The notes beneath the pieces were generated by a model, which was not told where the DNA came from, ran no database searches, and saw only the letters and a program-made list of their open reading frames with translations. The translations under genes were made by a program, and so were the position numbers. Below, piece after piece: positions 48,367-61,960 of a stretch of DNA of 64,000 bases. The stretch's first letter is position 1, and each line of letters starts with the position of its first letter. Source of the DNA: Stegostoma tigrinum (taxonomy: Eukaryota); assembly GCF_030684315.1 (NCBI RefSeq), contig NC_081379.1, forward strand, positions 42,468,381-42,532,380, written 5' to 3'.

Positions 48367-51300
48367 AATCACCATTCGACTTATATTACAAGGCATCTTT
48401 CAAGGATTCATTTGATGAGGTGTCATAAAAGAAAGCTTTGAATACTGAAGCCACTGAAACCATTATCAGGCTCGCTCCACCTCTGCCTCCTTTACTCATT
48501 GTTTCAACAGCAAACAGGTTTGATCTGCAATGGAACCAGTCTTCTGAACATATGTCCCATGCCTTCAGACTCCAACTCAATAAAAAGTCACCAGGCTTGC
48601 AACTGCTTGCTGCTCACCTCCCTTCCCTTAGCTCACTTGACTAAATGCTTCTCTGCATCTGCCGTGAGAGGTAAAACCTCAGTAGACTACCCTTTGAGTA
48701 TCCATCCCTCATGGCAAGCACGAAACAGGAATATTTATGTCACATTAGGCTGTTGAACTAGATATGTTCGTTGGCGACTTCCTGGGAACTGTGCACACAC
48801 GTGAAAGCGTTGTCTGTGGTGGTCACTGATTGGATATACATCATACCTCAGTTTCGTGACAGACATAGACTTGTCATTTGTGGTTGCAATAGCCACATGC
48901 ATTCGGTTGATCAATACCTCATCTGGAGGAGTTCAGAGATGACCCTGAAACCCATGATTCATTTACATTGACAGTACAGATTAGTGTGCAAGTATAGATT
49001 GTTCTTTGTTTTCTTGAACAGGACATTTATCAACAACGTTTTGCATCTCTGCACAACAGATTGCCAAATCCCAGATTTCATCAAGTGGATCATAGAAATT
49101 GTGAAGAGGCATAGGCGTTTTGTGTCACATGTCATTAAGGAGTGTTAACAGCTGTTCCCCATGGGGCTTAGTTTGTCCTTCAATACGGTACACAAGTCAT
49201 TGATGGCTTTTCTGGTGAGGGCTAATCTTCAGATGCATGGTTCTTGGATATTTGACACAGCTTTGAAGTTCCCCCTTTCTGGAGACGAACTACTTGATCG
49301 CTCTCTGTGCCGTTTTCCATGTGATTTCACACCAAGGAACATCGCCCTGTTGTGTCTGATGTGATTGATCTCCTGAGGCAATTACTTCAACTTTACCCTC
49401 TGCTGTTTTGCCTCTTTGCCAGAGGCCTAACCTCTGTTAAATGAGGCACATGACAAGTGATCTATCTCAGTTTCTGATGTCTCTTCTATAAGCTAGGATG
49501 AGTTATCTTACTATGTGGGTAATGCTTCAGCTCAAGTGCTAATGTCAGAAAACAGCAATGATAACACTGCCTTGTATGTGCCGGCACATCTTTCCCCACC
49601 TTCTAACTTTGTTTCCGCTATCAGCTTTGTCCAGGTCTGAGTGGAAAGCTACCCCGATTTCATGAAGTGTGCCAATTAGAACTGGGCCTGACGGTTCCTT
49701 CCTTTTCTTTTTCTTTGGATTGGGGGGGTCATGAGACTCTTTATGCCTTTTGTAATATCAGCGAGGTTCAAATCTGCTTTACCATTAAAGTCAGGGCATG
49801 GAGTTATGGTTACTGAAAACGTATACGTGTTGTGTTTTCTGATAACGTTGCACAGGGGAACACTTGGGTGTGAAATAGCATGGTTACAAGGATTTGTCTG
49901 TTGAAAAGGCAGAATGGTATTATTCATGTCTGCTCTCTTGGTTTCTGTGCGTACAGCATCGCAGAATTCACTTTAATAACGTGCTCACCATGTTCGAATG
50001 TTTCACCGTCTCTGTGGGCATTCTTCACTTTTTGCACTTCGTCGTCTTTTAGACATATAATTCAGAAAAAGTCGATTTTTAATTCGCCCAACGTAGCTCC
50101 ATTCATTGGATCTTCCCATTTTCGATTCTAATATCTGTACCGCTTTGTGCCCTGGGACATTTGCAGCCATTTTTAGTCAACCCGTTCAGACGTGTAGTGA
50201 CAGTTATGGAGTTCTGAATTGAGTCTTCTCATTCAGAGGTAGGGACGTGCCACTGCCGTGCAACAGCTCAAATTCACAGTTAATTTATCCATTATTATAG
50301 TCTAACTTGATGCAATGTTGCATGTTCTAAATACTGCACAGACATTACAGGGGACAAGGACTATGATCGTCGAGTTTGCAATGGATAGTATATGCGTTTT
50401 CAGTGCTCTGTACCATTACCTATTAGCTGAATTGATCAGTTGAGTGAAATGTGTGGCACGTTTTAAATATCTGTCCAAATCTTCACGTCAAATAAGATTA
50501 AACCTACATGATTTTATGCTTGAAAGAGTCACTCTGTAAAAGTTGCAAAACATCTCGGAAGCAGTGCAATTATCTACATTCTTACCAACAAATTTAAAAT
50601 GGAAGTGTAAATTCCAAAAAGAAAAGATCCCGGTGCAGCCTGCGAATAACAAGTTGTTTTGTTCTGTGCGCAACACTTCTCTTTAAACTGCACCTTCAAC
50701 CTCCTTCAAGGTGGTGGTAGAGTCGGGCTTCTGAACTGGAGATCATCTGCTCTGAACTCTTCTCTCGTTTTTTCGTTTTTCCTAGTTTTTAATTTCCCTA
50801 TTTCCCTTCACTTCCAAGTTCTAATGGCGTTCGTGACAGTTTGAGGCCTGTGCAGACTTCGATTGGACACAGTGCTCTCTTCGAACAGTCCCAGTGTGGA
50901 GTCACCCCAGTACAGACTTCAAACCATAAGACCATAAGACCATAAGATATAGGAGCGTAAGTCAGCGGGCCCAGTGAGGACCTCGAGTGAGCCCCGTGCT
51001 GACTTCCCCACAAGAGAAGTTTGAAGAAGAAGAGTGGGTCAAGGCGGAGGCGAGGTTGACAAGCGTGAAGGAGAATGGACTTTTACTGGCCTGGCTGAGC
51101 ACTGAACCTGCGTTGGAATCAGCGGCTGCCACAGGTGAAAACAACATCAGTGGTGTAAGCCTAACAGTAAAAAATGGTGCCTGAGGATCAGCGACACTAA
51201 GAACTATTCTGCGGCTACCTTTTCTAAAGTTCTCCTCTTCAAATTCAAAATCTGAAAGTCTGGCTGTCAGACATTAATATCTGCTCTCTTGATATCATTG

Positions 51301-54300
51301 AATAGTGATATATGCTACAGTACCCGCCTCATTACCTCCTGCCAATAGAAAATTCCACACCCTCTCTATGAGAATCTGTTCCCACAGAAGCAACAAACTT
51401 TACGGGTTTCATTCCCTGAAGCACTGACATCAAAAATCGTGATGGTGGTGTCTGGGACATGCTACATATGGTACCATGAGAATACCGTGAGAAGATACCG
51501 TGTGAATGACAAGCATAGAATAACTTGGTAGACCCTTTAAGAAAGCAGTTGAGAGTCCTGATTGAATTTCAAGTCTTATGAAGGTGAATGTAACAATAGC
51601 AGATTGCCTTTCCTAAAGCACGTGAGTGAACTATACTGGCTGTTCCTGATAGTCGGCAGCGCAGTCTACTGAAGCCACGAGGCTATCACTGGTCTTCATT
51701 GATTGTCATGGAAATAATTTAGCCGATGCTTTCAATTCAAGGAGTAATTTTCAATTAGTCTTCGCATTTAACGGTATATCCACTTCTCAACATCAATTTC
51801 ACTTCCAAAATCAAAGGGTCCGAGGGACTCACTTAAGCTGCTCTATTGACGTTTTATTGTGATTTTTACGACTTAATTTGCACTTACTATGTTGGAATAT
51901 TACGCTAAAAGACTTGTTGTAACGAATTCAAGTTGTCCTTTCTTTACAAACGTCAATGAAACGGTTTTATTTCTGCATTCCCACCTGAGAATGAACGGCC
52001 TTTAGAATTGTATGAATTCGCTTTCAGATTCACCAGTTCCACCTGCCTTTCTGTCTTCTTCCAACTAAATTGCGGTGATTCTGGTCAGTTTTGGTGAATT
52101 GGTTTCATCTGGGCCACTCTGCAGATTGAACGAACTGCAGTTGGCAATGCTGCAGGAAATGACTCTGACCAGTCGGATTCAAGCAGAAACTGTCAACATC
52201 TTCAGTGAGAACAGTTTCTGAATCTGTCAGTCATGAAGTGGACATCAGGCGAGCCGTGACACAAGTTTCTTGCTCTTTTCTTATCTCCCCTCACGCCTGC
52301 TTTCAGCTCATCTGCTCCATGAGACCTCCCTTCAGTTCTCTTGATTATGTTTCAACTAAACGACTCTGTTCTCTGTATTGCCGTCAAGGTGAGCTGACTT
52401 GCCAAACAGTTCTCCTCAGAAGTTATCCCTCTTTCCTTTAAATCTGTTATTCTCAGGACAAAAAACAAAGTATTCTGGTGCGCTAACGTGCCATTTCCAG
52501 CCTCCATTTCTTTGTGAAATCTCATGAATCTATTGCTGTAATAAGCAACACTTTATTTTCACGGCTTCGCGGCAAAGTATAACAGGTATGAGAGTCGCTG
52601 AATGAGCTATTGCACCAGGTCACAGGGGTAAGTGAGGACCAATGAATTATATAAGCCGCACGGCCCATGTGGTCGCAGAAATTTCTGTCAACGATTTCCA
52701 TCAAAGTCCATTTCCAGACATCACCTAATTAGACGATAATGTGATTTCATAATTCGCATAGACCAGCCGATAATTGAAGTGTTTGGCTCCACCCATTTCT
52801 CCTCGACAACTTTCGTTCTGTATATTTCATATCCACTGCTGTTTATTGTGGCTCAAAGTTAACTGAAGGCAGATATTGTTCAACATTAGAATTATAACAC
52901 ATATAGGAGTCTTCAGCCGAAAACTGTCAAAGTAAGTTTGGTGTACTATCTTTACAATTCCAGGTTTGCCAAGACAGAGGAAGGACTGTCACTGCTAGCT
53001 GCAAGCTGTGCGATGAATTATAGGAATTGTTATCATAACCGCTTATATGAAGCTGCTCCCTCTTGTAGTTGCTTCGTCACAGTTTACAAGAGAATCTTGT
53101 ATCACGAGCGAGCCACAGGTTGAAAACTGAATTCTCTGGCTAAATACACACATATATACGAAATTATGACCACGCATATAGAACATGGCAAGCATTTATT
53201 CCAGAAGGAGCTTGTTCTCCTAGTTATCATGGATATAGTTATATACACAGTATGTGCCGGCGGAACGATCCATTCCATTGTACACACTGCAAGTTGAGTT
53301 CTCATCCTTTCTTGATTAAGTGTTGCTGTTTCTGGTTGCCTCTATGCTCAAAGGCCGAAATAATCCAACAGCATTTGAAATACTTGGAATGGTGTGAAGT
53401 AAAGTTCGTCTGAACACAATTCATTGTTTGCTCTGGGTGCTAATGTAATTGTCCACAATAAAGCCTATGCAAATCATAGAAATACACAGCTCAGGAAATG
53501 ACTATGCTGATCGAAACCAATGTAACTTTTCAGGTCGATGCCCTTTCATCATTATTTTGGAACGATCCGCATTAAGACAGTATTCATTGCTCGGACACTT
53601 CAATCGTCTTCAATGATGAGAAACATGGGATCATTACAGTTCAACAATGCAGCAAAGCCTCCAAAGACCCAGCTGTAAAGTCATCCAACACATTTTGAGT
53701 TTCTGCATGATGGAATTTCCAAATTCCACCTCTACACAGAGGTTATAATGAGACATTCTTCATATTAACTCCTTACACTCTTAAACTTTTGATTCCATCA
53801 CTGTCGGGACAGTCGAATACATCAATGCATGTCTCAATAATGCGACCAAAAAATTATCTGTATTCCACGTTTTCATCAGATGCAGTGTTCGCGCATGCGA
53901 GATATTGAAACTTAACAGGCAGTGGAGACAATTATCACGGCGCAAGTCGTGTCTCTACCTGACTTCCAGAAGATGTTCAAACAAATGGTTTGCAGGATGC
54001 ATTATATAAAATATGCAGTAGAGAAACATCATTTTGTTCAGCTAATTTCAATCAACCAGCCATGACGTAAACGACTGCAGATGGGACTTGAACCCTAACC
54101 TTCCGTCCTGCGCCACAACAGTGCAGCACATACTGAAAAATACTTAAGTGATTCAGGTAACTTCTGACCTGTTTCATGATGGTAGGAAGTGCCTCATCTT
54201 GTTTACATTATTTAACATTACTAACAAACTAACAGTACTGCCCTGTGCAAGACGGAAATTGCCCTGGATTAGCATTGTAGATGAGCACGAAACTACACAG

Positions 54301-55100
54301 GCTGATCATGTAAATTTTTTCACAACCTGAGCTTAGTCTTCAAACTGTTGCTTCACCAAATATGGTGTCTGAATCACACCCCTGCATTTGCCAATACTTC
54401 TGGAATTTAGATCAATGAAATGATCTTATGTCTTTTTCCTCCCTTATTTGTGCTTGTAGCCAACCAATATTCATTGCCACTCTTTGGTGTATTTACAAAC
54501 ATTGATTGCATGGCTGTTTTGGATTTCTCCTGCTGCTTCTTCATCTACTCACGTTCCAATGTAATATGCTTCGTTCTCTACTGTAATGCAAATTTCGTAT
54601 ATATTTATACAACATTCGATTCTTTTTATGTGGATTGCTTCACTCCTCCACTATGCTTGCCCACAATTCAATGTCGCCACCCTCACCTTTTTTTCAAAAT
54701 CCTTTCTAAACAGACTCATGAACTTGTGGAGAATAAATAGGTCCCAGACTGGTTGATGTGAATCTGATGCTTCTGAGTAAATACCTCTTCCTAAGAAGTG
54801 GCCCAAGAAAGTGAAGCCAGCAATTCTGCACTTTTTCACAAATCTCACAATCCTTTCTCTCCTTTCTATCATGCCAATTTCCACTCTCACTGACTTATGA
54901 CAGAGCATAATCCAGAGATTGCCTCCTCCACAGACCTACTTTTCATTTTCCTGAATATCTGACTGTCTGAGCGAACCATCTGGGCAATTTATGACATTGC
55001 TGTTGATTTACATCACAGCCCCGGTCCTTCTCCCAGAAGAATATTCCATACCCACCCTATGAGAATCTGTTCCTACAAAATCATACAGGGTGGTGACAGG

Positions 55101-55770
55101 ATAATAAAGTGTGAAGCTGGATGAACACAGCAGGCCAAGCAGCATCTAAGGAGCACAAAAGCTGACGTTTAGGGCCTAGACCCTTCATCAGAGAGGGGGA
55201 TGGGGTGAGGGTTCTGGAATAAATAGGAAGAGAGGGGGAGGCGGACCGAAGATGGAGAGAAAAGAAGATAGGTGGAGAGGAGAGTATAGGTGGGGAGGTA
55301 GGGAGGGGATAGGTCAGTCCAGGGGAGACGGACAGGTCAAGAAGGTGGGATGAGGTTAGTAGGTAGGAAATGGAGGTGCGGCTTGAGGTGGGAGGAAGGG
55401 ATGGGTGAGAGGAAGAACAGGTTAGGGAGGCAGAGACAGGCTGGGCTGGTTTGGGGATGCAGTGGGTGGAGGGCAGATTTTGAAGGTGGTGAAGTCCACA
55501 TTGATTCCATTGGGCTGCAGGGTTCCCAAGCGGAATATGAGTTGCTGTTCCTGCAACCTTCGGGTGGCATCATTGTGGCACTGCAGGAGGCCCATGATGG
55601 ACATGTCATCTACAGAATGGGAGGGGGAGTGGAAATGGTTTGCGACTGGGTGGTGCAGTTGTTTATTGCGAACCGAGCGGAGGTGTTCTGCAAAGCAGTC
55701 CCCAAGCCTCCGCTTGGTTTCCCAAAGTAGAGGAAGCCACACTGGGTACAATGGATACAGTATACCACAT
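55101..55770 (-). mobile_element. Penelope-like element 3' fragment
   Basis: GIY-YIG C-terminal half plus 3' end. Flanked by a 10-bp duplication TGGTGACAGG (55091-55100 and 55771-55780). Confidence 0.9.
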
Positions 55771-56737
55771 TGGTGACAGGCTTGGTGGGGAAGTTTGGCA
55801 ACTAAAAAGTATGCACCAAGTATCTCACAAGTTATTTCTTGTAATACCCCAAGAAAAAGTCCATCACAGCCCAAGAATTCATCAGCCTGCAGCTCCAACA
55901 ATTTACTCAGTACCATTTCTCTGGTGATTGTGATTTTCCTCAGTCTCATATTGCCTTCTTGTTCTTGAGTAAGAACGATTTCTGGGACGTTACTCGTATA
56001 CTCCATAGTGATGACTGATCCTGTTTTAGTTTTAAATTCATCTGTGATTATGTGCACATTATTCATCCTCACTGCGATTTTCTATAGGACCAAAACACAC
56101 TTGGTTAACTGTTCTTGTTTAAGTACACATCAAAGCTTTTGGTTTGTTTATACTTCTGAAAAACTTTCTGGCAAACTCTATTTTTCCCCATTTTCTTAAC
56201 TTTCCAGTCATTCTTTTATTTTTTTAAAAATATGGTCACAAATCTTCTGAACTACCAACTGTGTTAGGCATGTGTTTTATTTTAAATGCTTGATACGACC
56301 TTTCAAATTAACCATGAATGCTGAATTTGTCACTTAAAATTTTGCTTATTCATTGCAATGTACCAATTCTGTGCATTCTGAAAAAAAATTCTTGAAAGGT
56401 CAGCCATTACATTTCCATTGACCTGTCCATTAACTTAAATTTCTAATTCACTTGAGATGACTATTTTCGTGCCTTCAATTGTCAAAATAAGTTAATAATG
56501 ATCAAAAACAGTTGACAATTGGCAATGCCATATTCTGTGAACGAATCAAAAAGGTTCTGCTTAATTCAATTTTAAGAAATTGTCTTGGATCCTCTTTATT
56601 TCTTCCTCAAACTGAATATAAAATGCAATAATTCCACGCACCCTGCTACCTTGTGACGTCTTTCCAGTGAGATCATCACCTGGTCATGTTTGTTTGCATG
56701 TTATCCTGGATGGTGTCAAGATTCTTGAGTGTCTTTC

Positions 56738-57518
56738 TGTCAGGTTCGTTTTCGGAGACCCTCACGGACTTGCTGCAATAACAAGACACTGACCTGTTTA
56801 GAAAAACACAAATCCTTTATTACCGAGCAAGTACAAGCTGTGGAGAATAACTGTACTCAACCCGGCACAGAGTCTCGCAAGTAATTCTCCCCGAGCAGCG
56901 GACAGTCCCCGCTTTTAATACTTTACAAAAGACATGATGCATAAAACGATTTCACCAATTTACAATGACATGATGCATAAAACAATTACTACAACAGACA
57001 AATACAGGATACAAAACAATTATAACAGCAACAACATAAAAGACCAGCATATAGTATCGATTGCTAGCGAAGTAGCTGCTAATGGCAGGAGGCGATTTCC
57101 AGTTGTTGTCCGGGACAGATTCTGATTTCAAGTTGCCAGTGTGTCTGGCTAGAACAAAGCCAGTGACCTGGCCCCTTTGTCAGCGATAGAAGTTACATGC
57201 TTCAGAGGTTTCACACCTTTACAAATTTTCCCCACCTAACCCTATTTGAAACAGTTTGATTCTAATTTTAATTCAGTCAGGAAGCTTAAGACACTGTCTG
57301 CATACCGATGGGTGAGAAGATAAGGAGTTACAAAAGCTTTACACTGAATTCCTAGCTGGGCAGGAAGCTTCATGGCAGTGCCTGCATACCTATGTGTCGG
57401 TAGATAAAAGACTTTATTTCTATAAATTAAAGTCTCTGCATAGTAATCAAATGCAGATAAAAGACTTTAATTTATAGAAGTATATAAATCAATGGGATGT
57501 TATCACATTAACATCTCA
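56738..57518 (-). mobile_element. Solo LTR, full length (~781 bp)
   Basis: TG...CA termini with flanks tttc/tttg (3 of 4 match). Reverse complement of the family at 25211 and 32622. Confidence 0.8.
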
Positions 57519-57559
57519 TTTGGAGATGGACTGACCCACTTAAGTGAGACATATCCCAT

Positions 57560-59915
57560 CATCCTCCTCATTTGTGATTTGTGGATGATGAAAAAGCTTT
57601 GGAGAATCGTGGAGTCAGTTTTTGCTGTCGTATTCCTAGCTCATGTTGTCGCAAGTGCTTTTATGTGGTGAGTCCATTTGAGTTTTTCATCAATGGCAAT
57701 CTCAAGCATGTTGATAATGGGGATACATCGATGGTAACACAATTGAGTGTCAAAGGCCAGTGGTTCGATTGCCTGTTATTAGTGATGGTCATAGGCTGGT
57801 GTTTATGTAGCACGAGTGTGACATGCTACTTGTCAACCCAAGCCTGGATATTGTGCAGATCTTGTTGCATTTGAAAAAGCAGCATCAGTGTCTGCGGGGT
57901 CACGAATGGTGTCGAACATTGTGCAATTATCAGCAAACATTCCACTTCTGATATCGTGATGGAGGAAAAGCTGTTGATTGAAGCAGAGATGTCCTGGAGC
58001 TGAGATGACTGACTTCCAACAACCATCTTTCTATGTGCCAGGCATAATTCTAACCAGCAGGAGCTTTTCCTCGATACCCATTGATTCCAGTTTTGCTAGT
58101 GCTCTCCGATGCCATCCTTGGTTGAATGTGGCCTTAATGTCAAGGGTTGTCATTCTCATCTCACCTCCAGAAGTCATTTCTTTCGTCCATATTTGAGCCA
58201 AGTCTGAACTGAGGTTAGAAACAGAGTGGACTTGTTTTAAGCCAAGCTGAGTATCACGGTGAAGGTTGCTGCTGAGCAAGTGCCGCTTGAGAGCATCATT
58301 GATGACAGCTTCCATCATTTTAATGATGGTCAAGAGTAGACTCTTAGGGCAGTAATTTGTCGTGTTGGATTTGTCTCTTGTTTTCTGTATAGGACACACC
58401 TGGACAATTTTACACATTATTGGGAAGAAACCAGTGTTGTAGCTGTCCTGAAAGTGCTTGTTTAAATGTGTATCATGTTCTCAAACACAGGTGTGCAGTT
58501 ATACAGCCAGAATGTTGTCAGGGCCAATAAGCTTTGTCGTATCCAGTGCAACCAACCATTTCCTGACATCATGTGGAGTGAATCCAATAGGCTGAAGCCT
58601 GGTCCGTGATGCTGGGTGACCGGAATGAGGTCATCATGAACTTGGCACTTCTGCATGAAGTTTGCTGTGATTTTTTTTGCCAAATCTTTTCTGCTGATGC
58701 ATTGAGCTCTTCCATCATTGATGGGCGTGATATATGCGGAACCTTCACATCCAGTGAGTTGTTTAATTGTCATTTTGTCATGATTAATTATCACCATTCA
58801 CGACTGGATGCAGCAGGACTGAAGAGATATGGTCTGATCAGTTAGTTGTGGGCTCACTTATCTCTGTCCATCACTTGCTGCTCACTCCGTTTGGCATTCA
58901 AGAAGTTCTGTTTGGTGATTTCATTAGGTTGGCATCTTATTTTTTGATATACTTGGTGCTACTCCTGGCACGCCCTTCTACACTCCCTACTGAAATCCAG
59001 TTGATCCCCTCACTTCTTGGTGATGCCTGCTTGGGAAATGTGCTAAGGCATGAAGTTGTAGATTGTGCTGGAGTACAATTCTGCTGCAGTTGTTGACTCA
59101 CAGTGCCTCTTTGATGCCCCGTCTTCAGTGGCTAGATCTATTCAAAATGTTGACATTTAGTACGGTAATATTATCGCGCAACAGAATGGGGTTTTTCTCA
59201 AGGTGAATGGAAGTGTTCATCCCCACAAATGACTGTGTGGTGGTCACTCTTTCCAAAGCTGACATGAACAGATGTATCTCCAGCATGCAGATTGGTAAGG
59301 GTGAAGTCAGGAATGTTTTTACCTTTTGTTGATTTTGTGACCACCCACTGTAGACCTAGTCCACCTATGTCCTTTAGTACTCAATCAGTAGAGCCACTGC
59401 CGATGCACCCTTGTGGACATTATAATCCCCCACCCAGAGTAGATTTTGCACCTTTGCCACCCTCAGTCCTTCCTATCAGTGTTATTCAACATGGGGGAGT
59501 GCTGATTAATCTGTGGAGAGAGATTGGAATGTAGAAAGTGTCAGGATGTTTCCTGTAGCCATGCCATATCTGGAGTCAATTTTGAGGACTCCAGGGCAAC
59601 TCCATCCATCTGTGTACAACTTTGCTACCGCTCTCTTGAGTCTGTTCTGTTAGTGGGACAGGACATACCCAGGGACGATGTTGGTGCTCTCTGGGACATT
59701 TACTCTAACATATAATTCTGTGAGTATGACCATGTCTGTGACAGGTTGCTGCTTCACTAATTTATGAGGCTCATGCACAAAATTAGGCACGAGCCTCCAG
59801 ATATTTGTAACAAAGACTTTGCAGGGTCATAAGGATGTTTTGCTGCTGTCTTTTCCAATACATAAGTCAAAGCAGGTGATCAGTCCTGTTTCATTCATTT
59901 GTTGATATGTCGTTG
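57560..59915 (-). mobile_element. Degenerate CR1/L2-group LINE
   Basis: RT peptide VCPIQKTRDKSNTTNYCPKSLL..KMMEAVIN..TLDIKATFNQGWHRRALAKL. Confidence 0.8.
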
Positions 59916-59917
59916 AT

Positions 59918-60888
59918 GACACTTCCGCCATCTACAATCCGACCCCACCACCCAAGACATTTTTCCATCCCCACCCTTGTCTGCTTTCCGGAGAGACCAC
60001 TCTCGCTATGACCCCCTTGTCCTCTCCACACTGCCCTCCAACCCCACCACACCCGGCACCTTCCCCTGCAACTGCAGGAAGTGCTACACTTGCCCCCATA
60101 CCTCCTCCCGCATCCCCATCCCAGGCCCCAAGATGACTTTCCATATCAAGCAGATGTTCACCTGCACATCTGCCAATGTGGTGTACTGTATCCATTGTAC
60201 CCGGTGTGGCTTCCTCTACATTGGGGAAACCAAGCGGAGGCTTGAGGACCGCTTTGCAGAACACCTCCGCTCGTTTCGCAACAAACAACTGCACCTCCCA
60301 GTTGCGAACCATTTCAACTCCCCCTCCCATTCCTCAGATGACATGTCCATCATGCGCCTCCTGCAGTGCCACAATGATGCCACCTGAAGGTTGCAGGAAC
60401 AGCAACTCATATTCCGCTTGGGAACCCTGCAGCCCAATGGAATCAATGTGGACTTCACCAGCTTCAAAATCTCCCCTTCCCCCACTGCATCCCAAAACCA
60501 GCCCAGTTCATCCCCTCCCCCGACTGCATCCCAAAACCAGCCCAGCCTGTCTCTGCTTCCCTCACCTGTTCTTCCTCTCACCCATCCCTTCCTCCCACCT
60601 CAAGCTGCACCTCCATTTCCTACCTACCACCTCATCCCGCCTCCTTGACCTGTCTAACTTCCCTGGACTGACGTATCCCCTCCCTACCTCCCCACCTATA
60701 CTCTCCTCTCTACCGATCTTGTTTTCTCTCCATCTTCGGTCCGCTTCCCCCTCTCTCCCTATTTATTCCAGTTCCCTCTCCACATCCCCCTCTCTGATGA
60801 AAGGTCTAGGCCCGAAACATCAGCTTTTGTGCTCCTGAGATGCTGCTTGGCCTGCTGTGTTCATCCATTTCCACACTTTGTTTCTTGG
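59918..60888 (+). mobile_element. Penelope-like element 3' fragment abutting the ERV env
   Basis: ORF 59977..60387 contains VVYCIHCTRCGFLYIGETKRRL (GIY-YIG), followed by the 3' end. Confidence 0.9.
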
Positions 60889-61960
60889 ATAGTCCACTGC
60901 TTACTCGTTTGCTGAGCACTGAGCTGAAGTTCAGCTAATTCTTGGTTGACTGCCTCCAATGCCGTCATTGTGCTGTTTCCCAGGGCAGTGAGTCCACATA
61001 CAAGGTAATTTCGCTTTTTTGTGGCCAGCACCCCAGGAGACCCTCCCAAGCTGACAGTTCCCAGGAAGCCGATTCCCAAGAAAGAGCCCAAGGCACTGGG
61101 TTCTACCATGCAGCGCAACCCTCCCGGCTCAGGAAGCATGTGACAATTTGCCATTGAGTTCATGCTTGTTAAGGACAAGGGACCATTAGAGGCCCAATGG
61201 TCCCAACGGCAAACAGGAGCGGCAGAGTTGGAGTGGCAGTAGTGAAGGTCCCGTTAAGGAGGAAAACGAATCCCTTCTTCGCCAGGGTAGCAGGTCACAG
61301 ACTCACGTATTCCTTGATAGGTATTCCAGGAGGACTGACTCCTATATGGATGGAAATTTGCGGAGTTAAATGGAAATGACCCGTAGTCTGTTTCTACATT
61401 GTTGCTATTGCAATCCCCACAAGTCCACTGTATGCCCGGGGTCACCGTTATGGGCTTAGATTCTAAGTAGGGGCAGTTCAACAATCCGCCTCTAGTGGTG
61501 CAATTTCTTTTTAAGCACAGATGGGGCCATGAAACATTAGGGGGTGATTCGTGACTAGAGCCTGTACACAACAAGCCCCAGTTCCATTAAAGCAAAACGG
61601 ATAGCTGTTGGGATTTGTACAGTTAGCCCCTTCCTTCCCATGCCTAGGTCTAGTGTCCCCACAATCAGAGGGGCCATTAACTACCAATGCCACACACTTA
61701 CCCTGCACACCTCTCATCCAAGTTCCCCTCTCCCCTTAGCGAGGTTTACTGGAATACTCTACTTCATAAAGTTGACTAGGGTTCCAGGCTGGTGTTGCCA
61801 CAAATAATGCTTCTACAGACCGTGGTCGCGGGTAACATGTTGCCTGATTCCCGTGCAGCTGGATGTGTGTTCTATAAAACAGATTGTCCTGCTGGCCATG
61901 CACGGGCAGAATAACAGTCAGTCCAATGGTTTATTGCAAGTTGATGAGGGAATCCATCAT
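60889..61960 (-). pseudogene. env: Endogenous retrovirus env remnant (Cys-rich SU, fusion loop, heptad repeat), truncated at the immunosuppressive domain
   Basis: Directly follows the integrase C-terminus. Cys/N-glycan-rich fragments (NCT, NGT, NVS) lead to GSFLGIGFLGTVSLGG and LVCGLTALGNSTMTALEAVNQELAEL. Contains stops and frameshifts. Confidence 0.7.

Noticed and set aside
48380-50130. Possible decayed I/Nimb-type LINE or host gene remnant
   Set aside because: Only vague similarity and no diagnostic motif readable by eye.
56738-57518. Solo LTR as the 3' LTR of the ERV at 60889-63600
   Set aside because: The orientation is compatible, but 3.3 kb of unrelated LINE and Penelope sequence intervenes. 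No polypurine tract or env tail adjoins it, and it has its own near-matching TSD.
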